A stretch of DNA of 62,119 bases, filler included, from 11 parts of 11 records of this genome joined end to end with filler, not necessarily neighbours in it, one strand, 5' to 3'; counted from the first letter of the whole stretch, positions 1 through 12,183 are shown. Notes: generated by a model from the letters alone, not told the origin. A program made the numbers and translations.

Positions 1-56
1 CACACACACACACACACACACACACCTTCTCTCTCTCTCTTCTTTCTCTCGCTCTC
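1..56. repeat. (CA)n then (CT)n microsatellite at contig start
   Basis: Direct reading: CACACA...CCTTCTCTCTCTCT. Confidence 0.9.
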
Positions 57-111
57 ACGGTCGAAAGCTCATAGTATTTGGCGCTCACCTTGTCTTTGGT
101 CTCCGGAGCAG

Positions 112-1490
112 GGAGGGACGGCGGAGACGCTGCGTGGAAGCAGAGGGTGGGGAGGGAGACCGGCCCGACGGCGTGGGAGGCCACCGCACGCGCAGTGGAT
201 GAGGAGGGGGACAATACGGCTGGGCTGCCGACAAGTCAAGCGAGCATCCGTGCGCTAGTGGATCGGCTCGCGCCCGGATGGCAGCCTGCACAAAACGTGG
301 CTGCGGCGCACGAGTTGGCGGAGCTGGCACGGGCACGACAAGCGCGTCGCAGGGTGGTCAAAGCTGGCGCGGTCCAACCGCTCGTGGCAATGCTAGCCCG
401 GCGCAACAACAGCTTGCTGGAACCCGCTTGTTCCTGCCTCAGCGTCCTAGCCCAGGACGACGAGGGGAGACGGCTCATGATTTCCGCTGGTGCAGCCAGG
501 CCTCTGGTGCTAGCTCTGCGCAGCACCCGCTCGGCAGTGCTGCGCGAGTCCAGCGGTGCGTTGTGGAATATGACGCACAAAAACGACGAAGGCGTGCGAG
601 CGATTTGTACTGCTAGAGCCATTCCTGCTCTTGTAGATCAGCTGCGCTCAGCAGATGAGCACGTGTTGATCAATGTCCTGAGCACACTTGCCAACATTGC
701 TACTACGCCTTCCGGGCGCACCAGCGTCGGTGTAGGCAACCTCGGCGCCGTACCTGCAGCGACCCGTGTGCTCCGCAGTGGGGGAGCGGGCTCTCGCAAG
801 GCTGCGGCGCGCTTGCTAGCAAATCTAACTCACGGGCCGAAATCGAGTACCAAGACTGCCGCCATGCAGATCAACCAGGCTGGCGGAGTACCGGCGCTGG
901 TACAAATGCTTGGGGGTGGCGACGAGAGTGGTCGGGATGAAGCTGTTCAGTGTTTGGGCAACCTTGCGAAAGACACGAAGCTCAAGAGCACAATTGTGCA
1001 TGCCTTTGGTACAGAGAGTGGGGGAAACGCTTTGGCAGCCGCAAGCCGTTCGCGCGATAGCGCTGTACAGAAGGTAGCGAACGGCCCTCGCTGCAGGACG
1101 AGCGTTGAGGCTGGGCCATCGTGGCGTCCGCGCACAGCAATCTCACGCCGGCAACGGCTAGGGCTGGACCCTCCGCCGAGACACGGTGAAGCTACGCCTA
1201 TACGCATGCGCAGCGCGCAAAAGGTCGGCCGAGGAGGCACCATGGCAAGCAGAGACCAGGGCAGCCGCGACTTTGGGCTGAGTGAAAATGTGCAGGCAGC
1301 GGGAGCGTGGAAGGAACAGATCACGAAGGAGGAAATGCCTGTGCCGGACCTTCTGTCCAGCGTAGCACGGTGCAGGGTAGGAAATCGGAGCGCAACTCGC
1401 CAGCCAAGGCCGTGGTCCCAATACATGCCGGATACGTCTGGAACCTGGGGACACGTCACCACTACGACGAACAAAGAGGACACAATGTGA
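112..1490 (+). CDS. Armadillo-repeat protein (probably 5'-partial)
   Basis: About six ARM repeats (AGAVQPLVAML, AGAARPLVLAL, AIPALVDQL, AGGVPALVQML; ALWNM, TLANI, CLGNL). The first ~100 codons of the ORF have no Met, and a candidate acceptor CCGGAGCAG ends at 111, so the first exon probably lies off the contig. Confidence 0.8.
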
Positions 1491-2092
1491 AGGCACCCGG
1501 AGTCACAGATCTCAGCAGAAGCTTCTACAAGTGAAAGTGAAGCTGTGCACTGCATGTGCCAGTAAATGTAAGCCACTAGTATTCGAATACATTATTCGGG
1601 CTGTGCTCAAGCTGTGTGGTCGAAGTCACGTGGCACTGAAGGGCACACAACAGTGGATACTATGCCGAGCGAACGCGGTCTTTTTGCATTCGCCAAATGG
1701 ATTTGGTATGGCGTCTGCTCGATCAGGGTAGCCCGAGTGTTACCAGTCCAACACTTGTACATGAGACTGGGACGATTGTCCGGGCCGTGTGTCCAAGAGT
1801 ATGTTCGAAGTCATCGTCCATCATCGTATACCGCCGTGCCATATTCTTGCCTCACAGATGAAGCGCCGTACAAGCGGCCCACGGGCGTGGCGTGGAAAAT
1901 GTTCGCTGTGTTCTTCGTTCTCGGCGGCGTCTGCAGCACTCTCATCCCTCTGACATATGGCAGCACTCGATTGGTACATTGCAGGCTGCGTGTCGTGCTG
2001 GAGGAAGAATCCCGACACGGGCATTGTAGCACAGACCGCAGGATCTTTCTTCACAAAAGCACCGTGGTAAAAGCGTTTGCTGTGGAGCTGGC

Positions 2093-5000
2093 TCAAACTT
2101 CTTCTCCCATAGGGTGGCAAGCCTGCCCTTTCCCGTTATCATTGCAGTACTTGCAGGCTTCACAGTGCCGGCACCAAGTGTCAACCATCGTGCCGCAATC
2201 ATTGCATTCCTCAGCTTCAGCATCTTTCTGCCATGCATGCCCAAAGTCATTGTCATCGGGAATCTCCAAGTCAGCCAAGTCAGCCAATTCACTGCAACGC
2301 CACGACAACACAGAGGATCAGCGCCCGCGTGGATTAGATCAGGCAGGCATCTCCTAGGGGCATGCGGTCATCGGCAGTTGTTCAAGCCGCGTCAGCTCAA
2401 AAATGCTCATCAAATGGCGCACTCACTCGAGGGCGGCGTCTGCAAGAGGATTCTCAGCTGTCTCATCCGCAGGTGGCTTCGGACTGTCAAACTCTGTCTC
2501 CATAACCTTACCCTTCCCTTTGTCTTTTCCTTTCTTTTTCTTTGCTTCCTTTTCAGCTTTCTTAGCCGCCTTCTCTGCGGCCTTCTTCTCCTTTTTCGTC
2601 ATCGGTTTTTGCTCACCAAGTGTAAGACTAGTGGACTCCATTTCAAAATCCTCGCCGCCCTTGGGCGGCGCATCAGCTTCACTTGTAGAAGCTTCTGCTG
2701 AGATAGCTGCTGCAGCTGCTGCAGCATCCATCTCCCCGCCAAGCAGCATTGGATTAGGTAATTCTTCGCCCATATCCAACTCATCTAGCGTCCCTAACTG
2801 TTCCAAGCTCTCGAGGTCAGGATCATCATCTGGAGGTGGCGGTGGGGCGTCATCGCCACCAGCTGGTGGCAGCGGAGCTGGAGGCGCGTCATCTTCACCA
2901 ACTGCTTTCTTGTTTTTCTTTTGTGCCTTCGCGTCCGCCTTTGCTACGGCTTTCGCAGCTTTCTTCTCCTGCTTGATTCGCGCACTCTCCGCCTTTGCTT
3001 CCGCTTGCGCAGCCTTTTTCGCTGCGGCATCAGCTTTCTTCTGCTCTTTCTTCGTGAGTTTAACCTCTGTGCGCTTCTCCACATCCACCCCAGCCTGCTG
3101 CAGTTCCTCTTCCTCCACCTTGTCGATGACTGCATCTACCTCATCTAAGACTTCTTGTGAGTCTTCATCCTGTACCCATCCAGTCCCGTCGCAGGTTGGA
3201 CAGGATGTTCTGTGTGCATCAGCCACCATCTGCTTGGCCTTTTCATTGTCATTTTCGATGCTCTCGGCCTTGCTGGACTCCAGCGCGTCGTCTGCAGACT
3301 TCTGGTCCTTCCCGCTTCCAACATGCCGACCTACATATTTGCTGCCCATGACCGCCGACAACAAAATCCCGATAATAACCAAGCCTATTACGCCGAGGAC
3401 TCGCCAGCTTTCGCGGATCAGCTCGACCATTTCGTCCTTGTTCATGCTGCGACCAAACTTCCCGTACAGCCGACCCGGCCCCTTGAACATGCAGCCCTCA
3501 GCATCCTCGCACAACAACTGCGCAGCATCAATCGACAATTTGCTCGACAATTCGCTGTATGGCTGGCCTTGAAATTCGTTCGGGCACTCAACCAGTGCTA
3601 CTGTCGGCGTGTTCCCATCAACGTTACTTTGGCCGCCGAGAGCATCCTGCATGACTCGGCGCTCTGTAGGTGCGACGTTGCACTGTGCAGGGTCAAAGTC
3701 GTCATCTTTAACCAGCACAAACTTACCGGTGCTTTCTGTCTGGAGAGCGATTGTTGCGCCTATGAATAGACAGAGAAAGTTGGCGAAGATAGTCAGGTAG
3801 AGCGTAAGAGCGTAGAACTTGACCAAGTACTTGCCTTTCGCCCCGATCTTCAGGCCGAGCAACCCAATCAGGCTCTGAAACATCATGAACAGCCCGATTG
3901 CCCCGAGCATCGTATAGGGATTGACAATGAACTTGCCTTTCCGCGCATCGTTGACCGTAGCCATGTACTCAGCACTATCAAAATGCCAACCAGCTGTGGC
4001 AATTAGGAAGCCATAGATGCACACTATGTAGGCCGTGAAAGAGGAGACCTTGATGGCAATGTAGAGCCACCCGCCAAGTGCCTTGCTTATTGTAAAGATA
4101 GCAAAGCCCAGTGAAAGCACTAGGTATGTCAATGAAATTGTGAGCATCGTCAGCAAGTCGCTCAGAGTGACAGTCTCAGCATCCAAAATTTGACGCTCCA
4201 GTGCGGTCATATTGGCAATCTCAGCATCCGTGAGGTTGCGACCATCACCATACATTTGCACGCCTGCGACGTCCTCGACGACCTCCTCTGCGCCGGGCAA
4301 TCCTTCAAGGTTGTTTTCCAGGCCCTCCAGATCGAGATAAGCTCGCACAAAGTCGGAGTGAATCGTCGTCGCGAAGATGATCATCAGAATGATCGCAAGC
4401 GGCACCACGAGAACGCACAGGTACAAGCCGCGCTCCAACAGAATCGACCTGCGCTTGCCATCGTCGGCTGGCACGCGAAACGCTCTGAAGCCGTACACGC
4501 CGGCCATGGAAGTCATGACTCCGCACACTGTGACGAGCACTGTCACCCAGAACAGGAAACCCGGCGGCATGCCAGAGACAACGAGGAGCTCGACCATCTC
4601 CATCGAGACAGTCAGGCCACTCATCAGGCAGACGAGGAACGACAACAGCTGCATCACCTGCATCACAAGCAGCATGTGCCTCTTCGCAAGCTCTGCCAAC
4701 TCCTCTGGCGTGTGATCCTCGCTGGCATCGAGCAACGTCTGATTAATCTCCATCAGAACCTTGAGCTTGTCGTTCATGAATGCTGAAATTTCATCGAGCT
4801 TACCCTTTGGTTCAAAGGTCCCGGCCTCCTGGGCCTTCTCAACGGCGAACGACTTCAGCTGTGCCCACGCCCCGACCGCCGCGAAGAGGACGAAGAAAAG
4901 CAGCGTGAAGTAGCATCCCTGGGATGTGCAGCCGAACTGCCCAGACATGATATTTCCGATTTCCAAGGACTGCGTGAACGAGAAGCCGAAGGAGCAGAAG

Positions 5001-5591
5001 ACCTGCAGCGAGCCCACTGCCCCCGATACCACCGTGCTCCCCATGTCGCGCGCATCAGCGAACCTCAGGAACAGCTTGACCACGATGCCGCCGCAGCAGA
5101 GGCGCAGAGCGAGCTGAATCCATGGCAGCAGGAACTCGACAGTCTCCGGCTCCATCCACTGGCGTATGTAGCCCATGGCGAACGCCTCGATAAAGATGCT
5201 GCCGGCCGACCCCACTGCCATGCCCTGGATCCCGACTCCTAGCTTGCGCTTCTTCAGCGCCGCAAACGCGCCCACGCTGCCCGCGTAGGCCGCTCCTGCA
5301 AACCCAACCAGCGTCGCCGGCCCAATCGGCAGCGACGGGTCCGCCTGATGGGGTGCGATGGTGGCCAACATCATCGGCGCGCAGGAGGCCCAGAACACGG
5401 TGAGTATTCTCACCACGTTCGCGATCTTCTTGCCTGCAAGACACCCACGGCGCTCGTCAGTGTTCTGGCGGTGGCGCAGGCAGATACTGTGCAGCGGGAG
5501 GGGTGCGTGCTGGCGCCGCACCAAACAGCGTCATGAAGACAGTCGCGGCCATTGGCACCACCCGCAGGAACACCCCCGAGATCACGCCCAT
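2093..5591 (-). CDS. Polytopic membrane protein: DUF4203/TMEM198-like domain, two tetraspanin-like 4TM modules, acidic/Lys-rich tail and Cys/His finger; join(5591..5522,5433..2427,2291..2093)
   Basis: A 1033-aa ORF with about 14 hydrophobic segments. Introns 5521..5434 (GTGCGG..CTTGCAG) and 2426..2292 (GTGAGT..TTGCAG) both keep the frame. They add the N-terminus MGVISGVFLRVVP and the C-terminus ...HAWQKDAEAEECNDC...CHPMGEEV*. Domain names are from motif resemblance only. Confidence 0.75.
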
Positions 5592-6453
5592 CGTGACCCT
5601 CCAGTCGATCCGCGCGGCCACTTCTCAGCCGCTCGGTGGCGTGGAGTCGCCGCAGCCAATCCCACAGCGCCACGCCAGAACCACGCTGGATGAGAGACTA
5701 CGGCGCGCCTCCCAGCACGGATGCCCTCGGGGGGCCCTCGCCCTCTGAGAGTCTCCCGCCCTCACGTCTCACGCAGAACAGCTGTGCCGCGAAGGCCCGG
5801 CCATCGCACGCCGACACGAACCGAGACAGTGGCCTACCGCGTGAGTACCGCAGCGCTCTGCAGGGTGCTGGCTGGTCCCACCGTGTACACGGTGCACGGT
5901 GCGGTACTCAAAGGCCGCCCAGCCCCGGCACGCGGCAGCCCACGTCCTTACAAGGGCTCGCCGCGTACACTATCAATAGCACGCGCCCTCCCTGCCTGGT
6001 CAGGACCATCCCATATCCCAACGTCCTGGTCCTCTCGACAACGTCCAACGTCCGCTCGTCCGGGTTAAACCCGGGGTTTGAAGATCCAAGATTTGCGGTT
6101 GTCTGCTTGCAAGCAAAAATACAGGGACAGCGGACAGGCGATCGCGAGGATGGGTCCACGCTCGACGCTGGGATTCGATCCCAGGACGCGTTGCTTCGCA
6201 GAGAACGAAAATTACCGGATCGACCAAGCGTCGGCGAGTGTGGGGTTGGCCGCGGTTCAAAAATGCATTCTTGAATGTCATTGCATTACAAAATACTAGT
6301 ACCGGAGTCATTTCACATTTGGTCAGGAGTCCAGCAAAATCAATCGAATCAAGAAGCGGCACGCGCGCGTTCCGCGAGTCGGGCAGGGCGCTTCGGGAAT
6401 GCGGCGCAGAAACGCACGAAAACCGGCCACATCTCCCGTGCTGATGGCGTGAG

Positions 6454-6553
6454 NNNNNNNNNNNNNNNNNNNNNNNNNNNNNNNNNNNNNNNNNNNNTTA
6501 ATTAATTAANNNNNNNNNNNNNNNNNNNNNNNNNNNNNNNNNNNNNNNNNNNN
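6454..6553. other. Artificial contig-join spacer
   Basis: N44-TTAATTAATTAA-N44, with stops in all six frames; identical at 10 sites. Confidence 0.99.
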
Positions 6554-6900
6554 CAGGTCGCGAAATCAGGCATCGCACAATACTCAGAGTACAGATGTAC
6601 AGCTGTACTAGATCTAGATCTACTAGTAGATCTAGTACACTGCACTGCATGGGCATGCTCTTCATGACCGGTTGCGCGCCGCCGGTGGGCATCGCACCTC
6701 TGGCTCTGCTCCGGCGGAAGAGCAGCAGCCTGAGGCTGAGCTGCTGAGCGCGGTGGCTCGGTTCAGGCTGCGATGTGACACTGGAGAGCTGGCGCATGAC
6801 TGTAGGTAGGTAGCCGAGGTGTCGCTTCGGCGCCTTACGGCATCAAGATGCGCGGGATGTGCGCACTGGCGCGGCAAACGGCGATTCGATCGTGCTGCTG

Positions 6901-9900
6901 ATGTGGTTCGACGAAACCCTGTACGACGAGCCGGAGCCTGAGCCGCTCTCGGATCTCCATTGGGCTGTCCATGAAAACAACGTGGGAAAAGTGCTCACGG
7001 CGCTGTCGGCAGCAAGGGAGGATGGCGGGGAGGAAGCTGTCCGCGAACTGCTGGAGCAGCGGACGCCTCCCAAGCCCGAGACTGCCTACACGTCCCCTGA
7101 TCCAGATCACACGGCATACACGTGGGCTTGCAACCAAGGTCACGCTGATTGCGTCGAGGAGCTGGTGCGCGCCGGATGTGACCGGACAGCACGGGCACCA
7201 AGTGGGGAGACGGGCGCGGAACTGGCCAGGCGGAGGTCAGAGAGGTTTGATGGCTGCTTTGAGGTTCTCAAGCGGCTGAGCAAGCTTGACGCAGAGCGCA
7301 GGGCAACTGAGGGCGCGACTGCAGGGCAGCCGGAGCGGAAGCTCTGGAAATCTCTCGGACGGGGGCTGAAGGCCGTGGGGTTTGTCAGAGAGGCCGAATT
7401 TCGCGCTGGCAATAGGCTTCGGAGCCTGGACAAGCAGGAGGAGGAGCGTGCCAAGCTGGCGGAGACAGCCCTCGTTGAGTCGCTCGGAGAATACTCTGCG
7501 AGACCGGAGCTCAGGACAACCATGCTGATCATTGCCGTAGAACTTGGTGATGTCGAAGCCGTGCGGGCACGTTTGGAGACTGGAGCTTCGGTAGAGGCTG
7601 CGCGCGAAGATAAAGTTACGCCGTTCTACTGTGCGTGCTATATGGCCGCGAAGCATCATGCTGATCGCCGTGAGTCGAGGCGCTACCTTAAAATTGTGAA
7701 GGAGCTCCTTGATGCTGGTGCAAACATCAACTGTGTTGGCCCAGGGGGTATGTCACCACTGGTCTGCGCAGCCAAGTATGGCGCACTGAGGCTCTGTAAA
7801 AGGCTGAAAGGCAGAGGCGCTGACCCGTTGGCCCCTACAAAACAAGGGCGGCTCACAGCGGTGGCTGCGGCAATGGTGATGGGTCACGAGGATGTCATGG
7901 ACTACTTTCTCGGCCCTCGGACGTATTTCGAAGTCCGAGAGAAGAGGCTGTCTCATGCGGCCATGGAAGCGAAGCTCGGCGGGTTGGTGTGGGTAGCAGA
8001 TATGCTGGAATCGATCTCTGAGAGAGAACGGATTGCGAAAGACGTTGCACTGGAGGCTGAGCAAAGGGCGTTGCAGGATGACATGGAGCTGGCAGAAGAT
8101 AGGGCTCAGACGCAAGCCGAGTTTGAAGCACAGCACGAAGAAGAGGTCATAGCTAAAGCAAAACGAAAAGTTTGGCGCGATCGTTTCAAGCGTGCCCTAG
8201 CACGCAAGCGTCAGCAGGAATGGGAAGAGGCACAGAACGCCGTCAAGCCAGCACAACACAAGCTACGCCAAGCATTTCTTGGATATGAAGCAGAGTACGA
8301 GGAGCGTGGCCGTGGGGGCGTGGGCGGTTTGCCTCTTGATAATTTGGTCGGGGTCAAGAGGATGACGCTTGAAGAGCTTTTGGATCGTGCCCGAGACCTT
8401 GCATTTCTGAAAGAGCACCCGGCATGGGATGCTGCTGTACGCGAGGTCCCGCCACCTACCGCCACCCGTAGGGAACGTCGCCGGCAGAACATCCGAGAGG
8501 AGCTGGCAGCATGGTGTCGGGATTGGCGTCTCGAATGCTGCGAGGATGAAAGACTGGGAGGAGCGAAATGTCAGGAGATAGACGTGTCATGCACGAAGTC
8601 CTTTGGTCGACAGACAAACGCTACTGGCGTGACGCGAAAAAGCCCGCGGACAAGGGCACGCTCTGCATGCAATGCGCCGATTCCACGCACTGCTGGGACC
8701 GGCGCAGATGCTGCACGCGCTGCGAAGGCACTTATGCTGACTGAACAAGAGAGGAAAAAGGACGAATCAGAATCCCTAGCCGTCTATGGAGCTTGGGTCG
8801 ACGGTGGGTGTAAGACTGGCATTGGAGTCCCCGTTCTTGTAGGAGAAGTTGGGCCATGGGCTGACACAAGTTCAAAGAAGAAGCTGACTGCTCCTATACG
8901 GAAGTTGCCTCGATCTGCCGGGATGCCAAGCTGCAGTGAGTGGCGACGGGCCCGTCGCATGCCCATTCGGCTGTTGGCGGCACAACTCAATGATCGGGGC
9001 CAACGATTGCAGATGTCCCTTGATGCGATCGTTGAACGGTGCTGGAATGCAGAACAAGAGAACAAGCTCAAAGCTGTCTTGGACGAGTTTGCGAAAGTTG
9101 GCGGCGTGACGACGTGCATTCGATTGCTCGACTGTATTCCTGCACTTGGAGAACAGCCGACAGTTCGCCTACGGCTGTTGACGCTGCTTGTGATGCTGAG
9201 CAAGGACGGTGGTCAACATCGCAAGGCAATGATGGAGCAGGGAGGCGTCGAAGTATGTTTGAGAGCGTTTCGTGATGCCGATAGTGGTGCTGAGTCGCAG
9301 TGTCTTGGACTGCTCGGGCTTTGCAATCTTGCACTGGAGAAGATAGGGCGAATGTGGGTGATGCAAAAGGAAGGGATTGTGAACGAGCTGGTATCTGCGG
9401 TACTACACGGTGTGGGAGGTAAGTTCTGCCTGCGCCCAGAGATGAGGGTTGATCTTGGCTTTGCCATCGCTAGCCACAATGGCAGCGAACCAGATACGGA
9501 CAAGATCGAGCCTAAGCACGCGAAGCTGCAGACCCAAGACCAAGCAGCGGCTCTGCTGCAAAGCACAGTCCAATCAGCGGCTCGGACGCTACTATCTCTT
9601 GTCGGCTTGCCAGATGGTTTGGTGCCTGAGCGTGGGGCAGGACCAGCTATTATCGAGGTCCTGAGCCAGAGACGTGCGCGGTGGGAGCGCGAACAGCGCG
9701 AAGACCCAACGGGAGCAAAGGCAGCCGCAAAGAAGCGCGCAGAGGCCGAAGCATTCCAGCGCTCATTCTTTCAGAAGGAAGAGATCGGATCACTCAAATT
9801 GACCGCTCACATGGTGCGACACGGAGTGTTGTCGATGTGGAAGACTGAGAGTAAGGAGCAGAAGATGGCCCGTGCTAAGGACGACGCGGAGGCAGACGAG

Positions 9901-10278
9901 GCAATCACAGCAGCAGTCGCGCAGCACGGTGACCGTAATGCTCCTTCGATATGCTATGCCAAACGTCAAGCTCCCGACCCAGAGCGGAGCCCCAGCGAGC
10001 GCCAAGAACTTCTGCAGTTCGTGCGTCACCACCCTTCCGCGTGGAGCACATGGCTAGTGTCAACACACCCGGACAGCACTGAGGTTGAGCCGCTGCGCTA
10101 TGCTCCGTCTGTGTGGCGTCATTTTTGGATGGACTACTACGCCAAAGTTGATCAGACAGACGAATGGAAGGAAAGCGTCGTGGCGCAACTGGAGCGCAAG
10201 AAGACGAAACTAGCGCAGCGCCACTGGAAAGCAGCTGGGCTAAAGCTTCAGCTTGGAGTGGGCCTCGCACGGAATTGA
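6901..10278 (+). CDS. Large ankyrin-repeat protein with central coiled coil and C-terminal ARM-like repeats
   Basis: Ankyrin motifs LHWAVHENN, TAYTWACNQGHADCVEELV, TPFYCAC, SPLVCAAKYG, AAAMVMGHEDV. E/K/R-rich middle region. ARM-like EQGGVEVCL...LCNLAL. First in-frame ATG at 6901. Confidence 0.8.
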   Translation: MWFDETLYDEPEPEPLSDLHWAVHENNVGKVLTALSAAREDGGEEAVRELLEQRTPPKPETAYTSPDPDHTAYTWACNQGHADCVEELVRAGCDRTARAPSGETGAELARRRSERFDGCFEVLKRLSKLDAERRATEGATAGQPERKLWKSLGRGLKAVGFVREAEFRAGNRLRSLDKQEEERAKLAETALVESLGEYSARPELRTTMLIIAVELGDVEAVRARLETGASVEAAREDKVTPFYCACYMAAKHHADRRESRRYLKIVKELLDAGANINCVGPGGMSPLVCAAKYGALRLCKRLKGRGADPLAPTKQGRLTAVAAAMVMGHEDVMDYFLGPRTYFEVREKRLSHAAMEAKLGGLVWVADMLESISERERIAKDVALEAEQRALQDDMELAEDRAQTQAEFEAQHEEEVIAKAKRKVWRDRFKRALARKRQQEWEEAQNAVKPAQHKLRQAFLGYEAEYEERGRGGVGGLPLDNLVGVKRMTLEELLDRARDLAFLKEHPAWDAAVREVPPPTATRRERRRQNIREELAAWCRDWRLECCEDERLGGAKCQEIDVSCTKSFGRQTNATGVTRKSPRTRARSACNAPIPRTAGTGADAARAAKALMLTEQERKKDESESLAVYGAWVDGGCKTGIGVPVLVGEVGPWADTSSKKKLTAPIRKLPRSAGMPSCSEWRRARRMPIRLLAAQLNDRGQRLQMSLDAIVERCWNAEQENKLKAVLDEFAKVGGVTTCIRLLDCIPALGEQPTVRLRLLTLLVMLSKDGGQHRKAMMEQGGVEVCLRAFRDADSGAESQCLGLLGLCNLALEKIGRMWVMQKEGIVNELVSAVLHGVGGKFCLRPEMRVDLGFAIASHNGSEPDTDKIEPKHAKLQTQDQAAALLQSTVQSAARTLLSLVGLPDGLVPERGAGPAIIEVLSQRRARWEREQREDPTGAKAAAKKRAEAEAFQRSFFQKEEIGSLKLTAHMVRHGVLSMWKTESKEQKMARAKDDAEADEAITAAVAQHGDRNAPSICYAKRQAPDPERSPSERQELLQFVRHHPSAWSTWLVSTHPDSTEVEPLRYAPSVWRHFWMDYYAKVDQTDEWKESVVAQLERKKTKLAQRHWKAAGLKLQLGVGLARN

Positions 10279-10349
10279 AGAATTTTTGCATTGATTGGTT
10301 GATTTGTGCATGCTGGCGTTGCTCGCTCCGAGATAGTACAGCCCTGCGT

Positions 10350-11510
10350 CTAGAAGTCCTTGTTGAAAAACATAAGCTGCGGGTGCAGCTGCAAATGGCC
10401 CCTGACGTATCGTTTCTCAATATCTGAAAGTTTGCCGTCGGCCATCCGCTTGTAGTCAAGCTTGCGGGTCTTGAACATAGCAGAGCGGCTCTGGTACCCA
10501 GCAAACGGCAGCTTCTGCATGCGATACGTGTCCAGCTCTTGGCCCTTGATCCGGTCGTTCCTCGAGCCGCCGGTAGCCACCATTTCCATGACCTGCTTTG
10601 TCTTCGGGTCCGTCTTGGCAGAGCCGTACTTCTTCGAGAATTCTAGGTAGTCGATCTCGCCGTCGCCGTCCTTGTCCATCGAATGGATCATATCCTCGAT
10701 CGCTTCGGCCGGCACACTAGGCGCAACCCCCCGGATTCCCGTGCGGAACTCATCCCACGACACAACCCCATCGCCATTCTCGTCAAACTGCTTGAACGCG
10801 CCGATGATTTTGTTGCGCTGCCCTACCACCAATGGCTGCAGGCTCTGCTCCATCTGCGTGGAGTTGGACGTGCTGCTGATCCGCGTCTGGATCTGCAGCT
10901 TATTGAACTTTTCGATGAAGTCCGGAGCGCGCACAGTTGTGTCCAGGTTCTTCGTGAAGTCTTTGATCAGCTCTTCAGTGTCCTTGCCATTCGCACGCGG
11001 CAACCGGCGGTACTCCGCAACAGTCTTCTCCACCATCTTCTTGCGCAGTTCTGTCCGCTCGTCGTTGTCGAGTACACCGTTCCCGTCGTCATCGAACTTA
11101 TTGGCGAGCATGTAGTCCGTACTGCTGACCACCCCGTCGCCGTCCACGTCGAACGTGGAGTGGGGCCGCATCTCTGCCGCGCGCGCCGCTTTGAGTTCTG
11201 TCACACTCCTATGCTTCGGATTGGTGTTCCAGTGCGCGCTTTCACTGTGTGTCGAAACCCACGGGGCGTAGCGCGTGCCATCCATGCTGTGGCCGCGACC
11301 GCCGGAGCGGAAACTTCCGAGGCTGCTGTTGCTCCGCGCCGAGTGCCGCGCCGACCGCGCCGTGCGACGCCCCTCTATCTCATCCCGGCTGCTCGCGCGG
11401 CTGTAGGCACGTCCAGAGCTCCGCCCGCTCCGCCGCCCGGAGCTGCGGCGCGACATGCCGCCGTCGCTTCCACCGAATCCCATCTCCGGCAGCGACTGCG
11501 ACGCGAGCAT
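10350..11510 (-). CDS. EF-hand calcium-binding protein (two EF-hand pairs, R/S-rich N-terminus)
   Basis: Loops DVDGDGVVSSTD, DDDGNGVLDNDE, DENGDGVVSWDE, DKDGDGEIDYLE. Likely ATG at 11510 (MLASQSLP); the upstream ORF extension looks non-coding. Confidence 0.85.
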   Translation of the reverse strand: MLASQSLPEMGFGGSDGGMSRRSSGRRSGRSSGRAYSRASSRDEIEGRRTARSARHSARSNSSLGSFRSGGRGHSMDGTRYAPWVSTHSESAHWNTNPKHRSVTELKAARAAEMRPHSTFDVDGDGVVSSTDYMLANKFDDDGNGVLDNDERTELRKKMVEKTVAEYRRLPRANGKDTEELIKDFTKNLDTTVRAPDFIEKFNKLQIQTRISSTSNSTQMEQSLQPLVVGQRNKIIGAFKQFDENGDGVVSWDEFRTGIRGVAPSVPAEAIEDMIHSMDKDGDGEIDYLEFSKKYGSAKTDPKTKQVMEMVATGGSRNDRIKGQELDTYRMQKLPFAGYQSRSAMFKTRKLDYKRMADGKLSDIEKRYVRGHLQLHPQLMFFNKDF

Positions 11511-12183
11511 CCCACGCAGCGCAGCCTCGCCCCACCTCTCTCTCCCACCCAGACTCCAACTCCAGCGCCAGCTCCCGCGCCCCCTGGTCTCGCTCAACCT
11601 CCGCCCCCTTCCGCCGGATCGAGAGCGAAAGCCTGGCTCTTGATCAGCCAGAGCAAGAGCCGCAGCGAGAGGAGCGCGTGCTCGGGGGCGTTGCCGTGGG
11701 CTGTGCTGCTCCGGCCGGTGGCGCACCTCAAACAGGCAATGGCAAATACACACACAACTGATAACACATTGGGGATACCGGGTGCTATTCATGGAGGAAT
11801 TCCTAGTGTACCCGGGTGCAGTCGGACATTCCCTATTCAGATTGGTCAAACTCAGGTGTGGCCGATTCACGGAGAGCTGCGCGATTTGACTGGGAATTGT
11901 GATCCAGATCGGGCCACTGATGACCAACCCGGCTCCAGCGCGGCCACGACATGGAATAATGCAACCGCTCGACGCGTCGACGGTCGAGAAGAGTTAACAC
12001 CGGTGGATTTTTCTGAAAAATATCGTAGAAACTCAAAAATAAGAACAAATATCGTTCCTCAAACACAAGTCTCGCCGCTACCAACCAGACGACTGGCGCG
12101 AACCTCTGCAGCCCGCTAACGCCTCGCGAGGCGTGAAGTACCGCCACAGAACGTTCTGGGGGGGGGGGGGGGGGGGGGGGGGG

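Noticed and set aside
1614-2357. 247-aa plus-strand ORF
   Set aside because: No recognisable domain, non-ATG start, and it overlaps the last exon and 3' region of the minus-strand membrane protein gene.
2403-3572. Long antisense or overlapping ORFs (also 10683..12119, 17908..19161, 26330..27292, 32745..33662, 59417..60187)
   Set aside because: They are shadows of real genes in GC-rich DNA, with low-complexity translations and no motifs.
12158-12183. 26-nt poly-G as a G-quadruplex element
   Set aside because: It sits at a contig end and is likely a sequencing or assembly artefact.
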